Below, piece after piece: positions 9,541-18,265 of a stretch of 64,000 nt of DNA. Source of the DNA: Candidatus Undinarchaeales archaeon (GTDB taxonomy: Archaea > SpSt-1190 > JASMDC01); NCBI GenBank assembly GCA_030753015.1, contig JASMDC010000010.1, positions 1 to 64,000 on the forward strand. The letters are read 5' to 3'. Under the pieces are notes generated by a model. That model did no database searches. It was given only the letters and a program-made list of their open reading frames with translations, and had not been told where the DNA came from. Positions within the stretch are counted from its first letter, which is position 1. The number at the start of each line of letters is the position of its first letter. The position numbers were made by a program, and so were the translations under genes.

Positions 9541-9822
9541 CTAGATCCGGTGCATGAACTCGAAGATGTCGTGGTGCTGGATGTACACCTTGACGCCCAG
9601 CCGCTCGGCCTCTCTCTCAAGCTCCTTCTTCAGCTCGGAGAGGCTCAGGTCCGAGCTGGCGATGTCGGCTAGCACGATCATCGCAAAATAATCCTGCATG
9701 ATCGTGGAGTTCAGGTCCTCGATGTTCACCGCCTGCTGTGCCAGCACGTTGGTGATACCGGCCACGATGCCCGTCCTGTCCTTACCAACGATCGTGATGA
9801 TGACCTGCTCCTTATCGCTCAT
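9541..9822 (-). CDS. ACT domain protein (UPF0237)
   Basis: ITIVGKDRTGIVAG...IQHHDIFEFMHRI; canonical partner of DUF711. Confidence 0.92.
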   Translation of the reverse strand: MSDKEQVIITIVGKDRTGIVAGITNVLAQQAVNIEDLNSTIMQDYFAMIVLADIASSDLSLSELKKELEREAERLGVKVYIQHHDIFEFMHRI

Positions 9823-9877
9823 GGAACCGGGAACGGACGGTCAGAGTTATAGGTTTGATGTGCTGGCGTCGGTCCGT

Positions 9878-9891
9878 TGAAACCGGTTTCA
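9878..9891. promoter_or_regulatory. perfect 14-bp palindrome, candidate operator
   Basis: TGAAACCGGTTTCA between divergent genes, just upstream of TTTTTAAG (9900-9907). Confidence 0.5.
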
Positions 9892-9970
9892 CCGTCTTGT
9901 TTTTAAGCTGTTTCGTACATAGGGTCCGATAGTACACGAGAGCAGAACATGTGAGAACGGATGTGATACC

Positions 9971-10126
9971 ATGACCAGAATCATCAACCTGTGCAACGAC
10001 GGCTGCTGTCCCGTCATCGAGATCGACGAGCACGAAGTGCGAATCGGCGAGGAGGGGAACCTCTGCACCCTCTCCCGCGACGAGTGGAACACCCTCGTAT
10101 CCAAGATCAAGAACGATGAGGTATAG
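9971..10126 (+). CDS. small Cys-rich protein (51 aa), not in the ORF track
   Basis: MTRIINLCNDGCCPVIEIDEHEVRIGEEGNLCTLSRDEWNTLVSKIKNDEV; GTGAT RBS; host codon usage. Confidence 0.75.
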   Translation: MTRIINLCNDGCCPVIEIDEHEVRIGEEGNLCTLSRDEWNTLVSKIKNDEV

Positions 10127-10135
10127 CTCTATAAC

Positions 10136-10348
10136 GGGGCGGTGCTCAAGGACGAATACCTTGAAAAGGTGAATGCGGCCGGGTTCGGGAGAATCGAGGT
10201 CATCCAGGAGAAAGTCTTCCCGATCTCCTCTATGCTCAACGATCCCACTGCCCAGGCCGTGATTCGTGACCTGGAGCTGACACAGGAGGACCTCAAGGGA
10301 CTCGACGACTCGGTAGTGAGCTTGGAGTTCACGGCCATCAAGGGATAG
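10136..10348 (+). pseudogene. arsM: C-terminal remnant of an arsenite S-methyltransferase
   Basis: GAVLKDEYLEKVNAAGFGRIEV...SVVSLEFTAIK resembles the ArsM C-terminus; SAM-binding N-terminal part absent. Confidence 0.65.
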
Positions 10349-10420
10349 AATGTGCGGGGGATCGGGTAACCGGCCCCCCACCGCCAGGTTCAAAAGGCTT
10401 GTCCTTCATGTTATCCGGAT

Positions 10421-11050
10421 ATGCCTCGTCGTCCCCTCGTCAACGTACGACTCGCCGGGTACTGTGGCATAGCAGCGTTCGCGGTCGCCTTCATCTGCAT
10501 CCTGTTCGCCACCAATGCCTCACCCTGGTTCAGCTGGACCGAGACCTGGCTGAGCGACCTGGGGGGGCGCGATGGTGAGGCAGTGACCCTGTTCGGCCCA
10601 TTCACCGCAGCTCACCTGTTCAACAACGGCGTCATGCTCGCCTCACTGCTGGGCATCGGGCTCGTCGGCGGACTTTGGGGATTTCCGGGGCTGGACACAC
10701 CCTGGGGCAAGCGAGGGCTCGTCCTCCTGGTACTGGACATGGTGGCTCTGTTCGGAGTAGGACTGTTCCCCATCTCGCTCGGCGTTAGACACGATTATGC
10801 CGCTGTGCTCTTCTTCGTGCTCATCCCCGCATCGCTGCTCGCACTTGCGAAGGGGCTGAACGATTCGGGTGAGGACGGGCATGCACGGACCATGGGGGTG
10901 CTGGGGGCGATAGCCCTCGTCACCGTGCCCCTCATCGAGCTCCTACCACAGCCCTGGGGCAATAATGCGCTCATCGAGACCATCCCTTCGCTGGCGCTGG
11001 GGATCGCGAGCTTGGTGTCCGGACGGTGGCTGCTCGTCTTGGACGACTAG
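10421..11050 (+). CDS. DUF998-like membrane protein
   Basis: SPWFSWTETWLSDLG, FNNG, GVGLFP..H; about 6 TM helices. Confidence 0.8.
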   Translation: MPRRPLVNVRLAGYCGIAAFAVAFICILFATNASPWFSWTETWLSDLGGRDGEAVTLFGPFTAAHLFNNGVMLASLLGIGLVGGLWGFPGLDTPWGKRGLVLLVLDMVALFGVGLFPISLGVRHDYAAVLFFVLIPASLLALAKGLNDSGEDGHARTMGVLGAIALVTVPLIELLPQPWGNNALIETIPSLALGIASLVSGRWLLVLDD

Positions 11051-13389
11051 GCCGGCTCCAACGCGGACCCCATTATGCGACATAGCACCTGGCCGAAGGA
11101 ACCCTCCTGTTCATCAGCATAGGTCTTCAGCCAAGCGGCGAACCTCTCCTCCAGCACGGTGATGGGTGGCACGATCATCAGCGCCCCGATGAGGGCAGAC
11201 GTCACGCCGATGGAGAGGGTGAGCCCCATGCGGTCCATGCCCGGATTGTCCCCGATGGTCATGGCCATGAATCCCATGATTGTGGTGATTGTAGTTACTG
11301 TAATAGCGCTCCCCACCGAGCGGTAGGTCTGGGCCATGGCCTCGGAGGAGGGCAGCGTCTTTCGCAGCCCGTGATATCGGTGGGCAAGATGTAGGGAGAA
11401 GTCGATGCCAAGGCCCATGATCATGCTGAACACGCTCGACGTCGCCATGGTCATGTGTATGCCCGCGTACCCCATGACGCCCCGCACCCACACCATGCTG
11501 ATCATCATTGGCGCCAGGCACACAAGGGCCAGGGCCGGCGAGCGGTAGATCAGGAACACGATGACCATGACGAAGATGAGCCCCCACATGGTGGTCCGCG
11601 CCATGTCGCCGCCGATGAGCTTGCCGATGATGCGGCCGAACGCAGGGCCGCCGCTGTAAGCAACGGTGACGTGCGAGGGGATGTCCATCTCCTCGACATC
11701 GCGTTCGATGGCGCTCATGAACTTTTCGTTCAAGGTCTGCTCGTTACCTATGCTCGTGCTAACGGACATGAGTAGGATATCGCGCTTCTTGTTGTAGTAG
11801 CGTCCGAGCTTCCCCCGGTCCTCCACAGCCTCGAGGAGCTCTCGCTCGTCGTAGGGGATGCGCTCACGCCCAGGTATGCGCTGATTCTGGAACGCCTCCC
11901 AAGGATCGCCCACGCTGTCCACGTGCTCCTCGCGGGCGATGAACTGGGAGAGCAAGTGGAGCTCCTTGAGGAACTCCCGGTCGACGAGCGAGTCGGGAGC
12001 GGGCGCCACGTCGTTGAGCTGGAACACGATGAAAGCCGACTCGGCACCCCCGAATTCGTTCTTAAAGGAGTCCATGGAGCGGACCACGGAAAGGCTCCTG
12101 GGGGAATCTGCGGACATGTCCGTGAGCGTCTTGACATACTGGGCCCCGTTGGCCATGAACACCGTGAAAACAAGGAGTACGAGCATGGTGGTCGCGGGCC
12201 AGGACTCCACCAGCGTACCCACGAACACGAAGAACCGGTCCAGGGACTGGACCCGGACCACCTCCACGGGCCCCTTGCGGCCTTTCTCGGTGATGACCAG
12301 TAGTGCTACAAGGAGCACCAGCGACGAGAGCATGCTGAAGAATATGCCCAGGGCGAGGACGGTCCCCAGGTCCTGGATGCCGGGCATCCGACCCATCCTC
12401 ATGGCCAGGAAGCCAGCCATGGTGGTTGTGGCGGTGGCCAGGACCGCCATCCCCAGGTCGGACAGGGTCTCCTCCACGGCCTCTTCCACGCTCTTCCCCT
12501 CCTCACGCTCCTCCAGGTATCTGTGGACCACGTGGATACCGTAGTCGATCCCGATGCCGATGAGCATGGCGCCGATCCCCACGGTGATGGTGGAGAGCGG
12601 GATGTCCAGCATCTCCATGAACCCGGCGGTCCAGATGACCGAGAGGATGATTGGGAGCATGGGGATGGCGGCGGTGCTCCCGGAGCGGAAGTAGAGGTAG
12701 AGTGTGATGAAGACTAGGAGGAGGCTGTACCCGATGGAGTCGCGGGCACCGCCCACCAGCACGATCATCATCACGCGCATCATCGATGGTCGGCCCGTGA
12801 TCTCGACGCGGATCCCCAGGGGAGGCCGGGCGAACCGGATGGCGTCCCTGACGCTGTCCTCGAACAGTCCGAGCCGCCGCGCGTCGACGCTCACGGCGCC
12901 GAAACCGAACAAGACGGAACGGGTGTAGGCCTTGTTGTAGAAACGATCCAAAGAGCCCATCTGGTCGTGGAGCGCGATTGATCCCTCTATGGTCGTGGGG
13001 AATGGGCGATGTTTCTGGGTGATGGTCTTTGCGGCAGAGTCCGTCGACGACAGCTCCTTCACGTCCTCCAGCCGCTCGTCAAGCGCCTTCGTGAACGCCA
13101 ACACCCGCGGGTCGCGCATGTCACGCACTGCATCGGGCTCATCAACGGTGTCGTCCAGCTCTAGCAGGAGGATGACCGTGTCCTGTGTCCCGTACTCGTT
13201 GGAGATGAACTGCATGGTCTGGAGCACGTCCAGGTCCTCGGGCATGAACTTTCTCATATCGGTCTCGAGCTTGAGCTTGATGGCGTGGGAGTAGACGATC
13301 CCGGTCGCGATGAGGAACACTGCCACCACGATGTACGGATGACGGTAGATCTGGCGTCCCAGCCATCGCAAGACCTTCTTCGCGACCAT
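11047..13389 (-). CDS. RND/MMPL family transporter (archaeal HAE3-type)
   Basis: two repeats, each with GxGIDxxxH (GIGIDYGIH, GLGIDFSLH); about 12 TM. Confidence 0.92.
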   Translation of the reverse strand: MVAKKVLRWLGRQIYRHPYIVVAVFLIATGIVYSHAIKLKLETDMRKFMPEDLDVLQTMQFISNEYGTQDTVILLLELDDTVDEPDAVRDMRDPRVLAFTKALDERLEDVKELSSTDSAAKTITQKHRPFPTTIEGSIALHDQMGSLDRFYNKAYTRSVLFGFGAVSVDARRLGLFEDSVRDAIRFARPPLGIRVEITGRPSMMRVMMIVLVGGARDSIGYSLLLVFITLYLYFRSGSTAAIPMLPIILSVIWTAGFMEMLDIPLSTITVGIGAMLIGIGIDYGIHVVHRYLEEREEGKSVEEAVEETLSDLGMAVLATATTTMAGFLAMRMGRMPGIQDLGTVLALGIFFSMLSSLVLLVALLVITEKGRKGPVEVVRVQSLDRFFVFVGTLVESWPATTMLVLLVFTVFMANGAQYVKTLTDMSADSPRSLSVVRSMDSFKNEFGGAESAFIVFQLNDVAPAPDSLVDREFLKELHLLSQFIAREEHVDSVGDPWEAFQNQRIPGRERIPYDERELLEAVEDRGKLGRYYNKKRDILLMSVSTSIGNEQTLNEKFMSAIERDVEEMDIPSHVTVAYSGGPAFGRIIGKLIGGDMARTTMWGLIFVMVIVFLIYRSPALALVCLAPMMISMVWVRGVMGYAGIHMTMATSSVFSMIMGLGIDFSLHLAHRYHGLRKTLPSSEAMAQTYRSVGSAITVTTITTIMGFMAMTIGDNPGMDRMGLTLSIGVTSALIGALMIVPPITVLEERFAAWLKTYADEQEGSFGQVLCRIMGSALEPA

Positions 13390-13414
13390 GGTCGGTGACC
13401 GTCCTCGGACGAGA

Positions 13415-15502
13415 CTACTTCTTCTCGACGGTGTCGTTCGGTTTACGCGTCACGTAGTACACGAGGCCACCGACCAAGAGGACGACCGCTGCGATGGGAC
13501 CCAGCTGTGAGCTGAGGGGCGCCTCTTCACCGGCCACTTGCCTGCCACCATCTGTGATGGTGACCTCCTTGGAGTCCTCGAACACGTATACGTTGGAGTC
13601 ACCGATATCCCGGTCGCCCACGGCCCTGATCTCGAAAGTAAGGGCGTATTCCTTGGGTGTGCCGTCGCTCTCGATGCGTCCGTCGAGAATACCTGTCCTC
13701 GATACGCCCGGGGGGATAGTGGAAAGGTAGTCGCTCTTGGTCTCGAACACGAAGGGAACGTCGCCCTCGACGATGGCCTTGATTGACGCGGACTCGGCCT
13801 CTTCGCTGCCGGTGTTCATGACCTCGATGGTCATCTTGAACTCATCGCCAAGCTTCAGCGCCGAGACCTTGCGCCCGGCGACGGTGACCTCGAGGGTGGA
13901 GATGGAGAGCCTGGGCTTCTCGTTGACGATGAGGGTGTAGGTCTGCTGGCCGGTGAGGGCCGCTCCTGCGGTGTCGGTGAACGTCAGGTCAACGGTGACG
14001 AGGTAATCGCCCGGTTTCGTGTCCTCAGGCACGTCGAACCTGAACTGGGCGGAGCTGCTGGTGTCCTTGGCTACGTTGCCCAGCACAGAGCGACGGTTGC
14101 CGCCGAAATCCAGGGCGTCGGAAGTAGCTACGGCCACGACGTTCTTGGCCATCCCCGTGCCCACGTTGTTGATGTCGAGGGAGAGGAGCACGTCGTCGTC
14201 ACCGGGTCGCACCTTCTCAGGGTCCACGGACGTATCGCCCAGGCGGAGCTCGGGCATTCCCTGGACGGAGAGGCCGATGATGGACTCGGCGGAGTTTGCG
14301 GTCCCCAGCGCGTCCTCGTAGGTGAGCGCGGCGGTCAGCTGGTAGGCGCCCTCGGGCGTCTTGGGCGCAGCGTAGACCTGGATGGGAAGTCGTGCCTGGG
14401 CATCGGCGGCCAGCTCCCGGACGAGGTACTGCGACGAGCCCAGCGGGATGACGCCGTCCACGGTCACGGGAAGGTTCACTGAGCCCACCATCTGGGCCGC
14501 GGAGGCCACCATGGCCATGGTGGGATCCGCCATTATCGCTTGGGCTGCACCTGAGCCACCGAAGCCCTGCCCCTGGCTCTGGTACGCGCTCACCCGGGTG
14601 AGCGAGAGGCGCACGTTCTTGGCCTCGGCGCTACCGGCGTTGCGGAGGACGAAGACGAGGTCCTTGGTCTCGCCGGGCGTGAAGGTGTCAAGGCCCTCGA
14701 TCACAGCGAGCTCGACAACCGGCTCGGTCTTGTCGACGTGCAGACCGAGCTGGAGCGTTGGATTGGTCGAACCGCTGTCGTCCTCGATGGTGATGGGGAG
14801 AGTGTAGAAGCCCGATGCACGGGCGCTGGTCTGGAGCACGAGATCGATGTAGGCAAGACGGCCGGGCAGCACGTCGCCGAGGGCGAACACGTCCCCCGTC
14901 CCGCGAAGCGAGAAGAGCGTGGTGTCCTCGGAGCCCTCGGGCGTCGTCGCCACAGTCGCGCGCACGTTCTCGGCGACGCCCTTGCCGGCGTTCCGCATAC
15001 TGATGCGCACCTCGATCGCGGTCCCCGACGAGATCGTGTCCGGGAGGGTGGTGCTGGCGATGACCACGAGCGGATCCGCTTCGATCTCGAGGGTCAGCTC
15101 GGTCTCCTCGCGCAGCTCCTCACAGGTGGGGTGGCAGGTGATGATGTCGAGCTTGTAGGTACCCTCCTGGGCCCCCTCGTCAACGTCGAGGTAGAAGTCC
15201 TTGTAGATGACCGGGCGGCCGACGACATCGCCGATGACCTCGACACTCGGGTGCCCCTCACGAACTGAGAAGGGATACTTGGGATCCACTGCCAGGGTTA
15301 GGTCCTCCAGAGCTTTGTCGCCGCTGAACGTCAGCTTGAGCTTGAGGGTCATGGGCATGCCCGGATTGAGTACGGTCGGATCGGTGGACACCTTTGTCAC
15401 CGAAACGGCACCGTAGTCCTTGCCGGCGGCAGCGAGGCCGAACGGAGCGATGAGTATCGCGCAGAGCACGAGGGTCAGTATCAATAGGTTCTCTCGTTCC
15501 AT
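13415..15502 (-). CDS. COG1361 S-layer-domain/CARDB-repeat protein
   Basis: signal peptide, repeated NxGxxxAxNV Ig-like domains, C-terminal TM; the usual partner of archaeal RND transporters. Confidence 0.88.
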   Translation of the reverse strand: MERENLLILTLVLCAILIAPFGLAAAGKDYGAVSVTKVSTDPTVLNPGMPMTLKLKLTFSGDKALEDLTLAVDPKYPFSVREGHPSVEVIGDVVGRPVIYKDFYLDVDEGAQEGTYKLDIITCHPTCEELREETELTLEIEADPLVVIASTTLPDTISSGTAIEVRISMRNAGKGVAENVRATVATTPEGSEDTTLFSLRGTGDVFALGDVLPGRLAYIDLVLQTSARASGFYTLPITIEDDSGSTNPTLQLGLHVDKTEPVVELAVIEGLDTFTPGETKDLVFVLRNAGSAEAKNVRLSLTRVSAYQSQGQGFGGSGAAQAIMADPTMAMVASAAQMVGSVNLPVTVDGVIPLGSSQYLVRELAADAQARLPIQVYAAPKTPEGAYQLTAALTYEDALGTANSAESIIGLSVQGMPELRLGDTSVDPEKVRPGDDDVLLSLDINNVGTGMAKNVVAVATSDALDFGGNRRSVLGNVAKDTSSSAQFRFDVPEDTKPGDYLVTVDLTFTDTAGAALTGQQTYTLIVNEKPRLSISTLEVTVAGRKVSALKLGDEFKMTIEVMNTGSEEAESASIKAIVEGDVPFVFETKSDYLSTIPPGVSRTGILDGRIESDGTPKEYALTFEIRAVGDRDIGDSNVYVFEDSKEVTITDGGRQVAGEEAPLSSQLGPIAAVVLLVGGLVYYVTRKPNDTVEKK

Positions 15503-15533
15503 TGTAGGTCACTCCTTTCTTCTCTCAATCAGT

Positions 15534-16046
15534 TTAGTTCTCGTTCGATAATGCCTTCTCTCCGGCCTCGATGGTCCGAAGGATCTCCCGGGGATCCTGG
15601 CGGCTCATACGTTCGAGCACGGCCAGGAGCGCGACTGCCTTGTCGATGAGCTCATCGATGTGGCCGTACATCCGCTCGTCACCATCCTTGTCATAGGCGC
15701 CCCGTACCTCCTTGAGGTGCACGATGGCGATGTTGATAGTGGGAATGGTCCTGAAGTGGATGGGTGTCATGAGATCGGTGAGGGCATGGCGGCACACATA
15801 GTAGCCGCGCCGGTCACCGGGGACCTTGACCCGTTCCACGTCCACGAAATCGCCCATCCCCGACAGGATCTTGGACACCTTGGGGACGGAGAAACCCGTG
15901 AGCTCGGCAAGATCCTCCTGTGAGAGGGGCTCATCGGCGGCGAAGAGGATGGCGTACACGGTGGCGCCGTCCCCGGGATACCCGATGGCCTGGCCGATCC
16001 TCGTGATGAGTGCCACGAACGCTTGGTCGGTCTCCGACAGCTCCAT
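15534..16046 (-). CDS. GbsR/MarR family transcriptional regulator
   Basis: VYAILF..EPLSQEDLAELTGFSVPKVS...PGDRRGYY. Confidence 0.85.
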   Translation of the reverse strand: MELSETDQAFVALITRIGQAIGYPGDGATVYAILFAADEPLSQEDLAELTGFSVPKVSKILSGMGDFVDVERVKVPGDRRGYYVCRHALTDLMTPIHFRTIPTINIAIVHLKEVRGAYDKDGDERMYGHIDELIDKAVALLAVLERMSRQDPREILRTIEAGEKALSNEN

Positions 16047-16077
16047 CAGGCCTGGCGGCACACCACATGTTTTTAAG

Positions 16078-16097
16078 ATTTTCCAATTTTGGAAAAT
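16078..16097. promoter_or_regulatory. inverted repeat, likely the GbsR-family operator
   Basis: ATTTTCCAA-TT-TTGGAAAAT in the divergent promoter, next to the TTTTTAAG box. Confidence 0.65.
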
Positions 16098-16103
16098 TTC
16101 ATA

Positions 16104-16727
16104 ATGGCTGCTAAGAAGGCTGCGTCGAAGAAGGGGGCACGGAAGGCCACGAAGGGATTGCGTAAGCCTTCAACGCAGGTCCCGTCGACAACGTTCCGTG
16201 ATGTGGATCGGACGTTAGACACCAAGGTCCCCACATCCACACCTGACGACCGCCTCGCCCGCGCCGTGCTCCTCATCGCCGGCCTCGCCCTCCTCGTCGA
16301 GGGCTACGCGCTCGTGCGTCTCCTGGCCATCACCGTGGCCGTCCCCGATCTGGGTGAGGTCGCAGCCTCGTTCGATAGCGCCGCACAGACCTCGTCCGCC
16401 ATTACCGCAGCCATGGATGAGGTCGCCAAGAAACTGAAAGACCTGGAGGGAACAGCACGAACGCTCCCCGGGATGAGCACACTGGCAGCGGACATAGCCC
16501 AAGTGAGCAGCAGGGTGCGCAAGGTGGGCAAGAGCACATCAGCGCTCGAGGGCGACCTGTCAGCGGCGGCCTCGTCGATGGCCGGTAGCGATTTCCGGTC
16601 ACTGGTGTCGCTGCATGCCTTCCTCGTGGTGCAGACGATCGGCCTCATCCTGCTACTGGTGGCCTTGCTGCTGGACGCTGCCATCCGGCTCGGCGTCGTC
16701 GGCGGGGATGCCGGCCCTAGCCCCTGA
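16104..16727 (+). CDS. hypothetical membrane protein (2 TM flanking a helical domain, Lys-rich N-terminus)
   Basis: MAAKKAASKK..., hydrophobic segments at both ends. Confidence 0.7.
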   Translation: MAAKKAASKKGARKATKGLRKPSTQVPSTTFRDVDRTLDTKVPTSTPDDRLARAVLLIAGLALLVEGYALVRLLAITVAVPDLGEVAASFDSAAQTSSAITAAMDEVAKKLKDLEGTARTLPGMSTLAADIAQVSSRVRKVGKSTSALEGDLSAAASSMAGSDFRSLVSLHAFLVVQTIGLILLLVALLLDAAIRLGVVGGDAGPSP

Positions 16728-17310
16728 TAAGACCAGAGAGCACCCGGTGCGCCGCGGGCCCGTCCACCTCGTCAACCACGAAGAGCGTGTCCTCCCGGCA
16801 GGAGACGAACTCGGTGATGTTGATACCCTCGCGCTCCAGGGCCGAGAGCAGGTAAGAGAGCACGAATGGCGTGTCCTCGAGCTCCATCCCGGAGTACAGG
16901 GCGATGAGCACCTGGCCTGTGCGCACTTGGTTCGACATGGGGACGCTGAGCCACCTGCGGGGCATGTCGCTCTCGCGCAAGATGGAGGTCCACCCGTGCG
17001 AGGTCCGGGTGTGGGCGAGCACCGGGAGGTCCGGCTCGTCATTGGTGAGCACCACGGCCATACCGCTGCTGATCTCGAACCGCGAGCTGCGCAGCAGAGC
17101 TTCCACCTTCTGGCGTCGCTGTCGTCGCTCGGCCCGCACGGTCTCGGCCTGCCGGATGACCGCCTTCTTCACCGCCTCGAAGCTCCCGCCGACATCCTCC
17201 TGGGCCAGCCGGGCCAGGGAGCTGAAGTTCACCACGCCCTGCCCCACGGCCTCCACGAGGGACGGCTTCTTCGCAAGCCAGATGCGCACCTTTTCCTGGA
17301 TGCTCGCCAT
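16717..17310 (-). CDS. archaeal HTH plus ACT-domain protein
   Basis: VVNFSSLAR N-terminal motif; C-terminal GINITEFVSCREDTLFVV ACT domain. Confidence 0.8.
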   Translation of the reverse strand: MASIQEKVRIWLAKKPSLVEAVGQGVVNFSSLARLAQEDVGGSFEAVKKAVIRQAETVRAERRQRRQKVEALLRSSRFEISSGMAVVLTNDEPDLPVLAHTRTSHGWTSILRESDMPRRWLSVPMSNQVRTGQVLIALYSGMELEDTPFVLSYLLSALEREGINITEFVSCREDTLFVVDEVDGPAAHRVLSGLIRG

Positions 17311-17395
17311 GTGGAGTCCTAAATGGGACAAGTTTAATAAATCTAGGTACGAATAGGCCAGTATAGTTTAAAGTATTCCTCAATTTTTCACCGGT

Positions 17396-17560
17396 ATGTA
17401 TCCTCAAGACGTGGGCGCCGAGCGCAAGACGGTGGCGACCACGCTCAAGAAGTACGGGGCGGACACAGCGTCCCACCTCTTTTCGGACATGCTCGCAAGC
17501 TCCTATCCGACGTCAGGCTCACTGGAGGTCATGATCTCGACCCTCTCTCAGCACGTATGA
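17396..17560 (+). CDS. small hypothetical protein (54 aa), not in the ORF track
   Basis: MYPQDVGAERKTVATTLKKYGADTASHLFSDMLASSYPTSGSLEVMISTLSQHV; TTTAAAGT box upstream, hairpin downstream. Confidence 0.5.
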   Translation: MYPQDVGAERKTVATTLKKYGADTASHLFSDMLASSYPTSGSLEVMISTLSQHV

Positions 17561-17605
17561 GCCGGGCCCGGGGAACGGGGGGATTGCGGGACACGGTACG
17601 GGAAC

Positions 17606-17630
17606 GGGGGAGGGCTGGAACCCCTCCCCC
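17606..17630. terminator. hairpin between convergent genes
   Basis: GGGGGAGGG-CTGGAAC-CCCTCCCCC. Confidence 0.55.
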
Positions 17631-17641
17631 ACTATCCCCGC

Positions 17642-18256
17642 TCACTCCGAGCGGGCGAGCCCCTCGGCCCTCTCCAGGTCCTTGGGGTAGTCGACATCGA
17701 CCAGCGTGCTCTGCGGAAGCTCCACCTCGAGGAGGTCATCGACATGGCGGCCCGTAAGGTCCCGCATTGACTCCTTTTCGCCCAGCTCTATGACCTCGTC
17801 CAGTAGGGAGCCGTCCACCAGTAGCGGGTGTCCCCGTCTGCCTTCATGGACCGGGACCGCGAGGAGCGCATCGCTCTTGTACCATGCCGCCACCAGCGTG
17901 TCGATGCAGGCAGCGTCGATGAGGGGCACGTCACCCAGCACCATGAGCACGGCGCCCGGCTCGGGGATGTGCGTGAGCACGTGACGCACCCCCCGCTGGA
18001 AGGTTGAGAGCATCCCCCGTTCCCAGTCCTCGTTGACCACCCAGTCCACCTCCTCGTCACGGACGAGCGGAATCAGCTGGTCGGGGCGGCAGCCCAGCAC
18101 CACCACCGTGCCGTCGATGGATGAGCTTGTGCAGGCACCGACCACCCGGCGGATGATGGGGATGCCGTCCAGGGGGGCCAACAGCTTGTTGCAGCCCATC
18201 CTGGTGGATGCTCCGGCTGCGAGCACCACTGCCCAGACGATGCCCGTCCGTCCCAC
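17642..18256 (-). CDS. mocA: molybdenum cofactor cytidylyltransferase
   Basis: VLAAGASTRMG.NKLL, LGDVP, GRRGHP, DVDYPKD; last gene of the Mo-hydroxylase operon. Confidence 0.88.
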   Translation of the reverse strand: MGRTGIVWAVVLAAGASTRMGCNKLLAPLDGIPIIRRVVGACTSSSIDGTVVVLGCRPDQLIPLVRDEEVDWVVNEDWERGMLSTFQRGVRHVLTHIPEPGAVLMVLGDVPLIDAACIDTLVAAWYKSDALLAVPVHEGRRGHPLLVDGSLLDEVIELGEKESMRDLTGRHVDDLLEVELPQSTLVDVDYPKDLERAEGLARSE

Positions 18257-18265
18257 GATCGTCGC

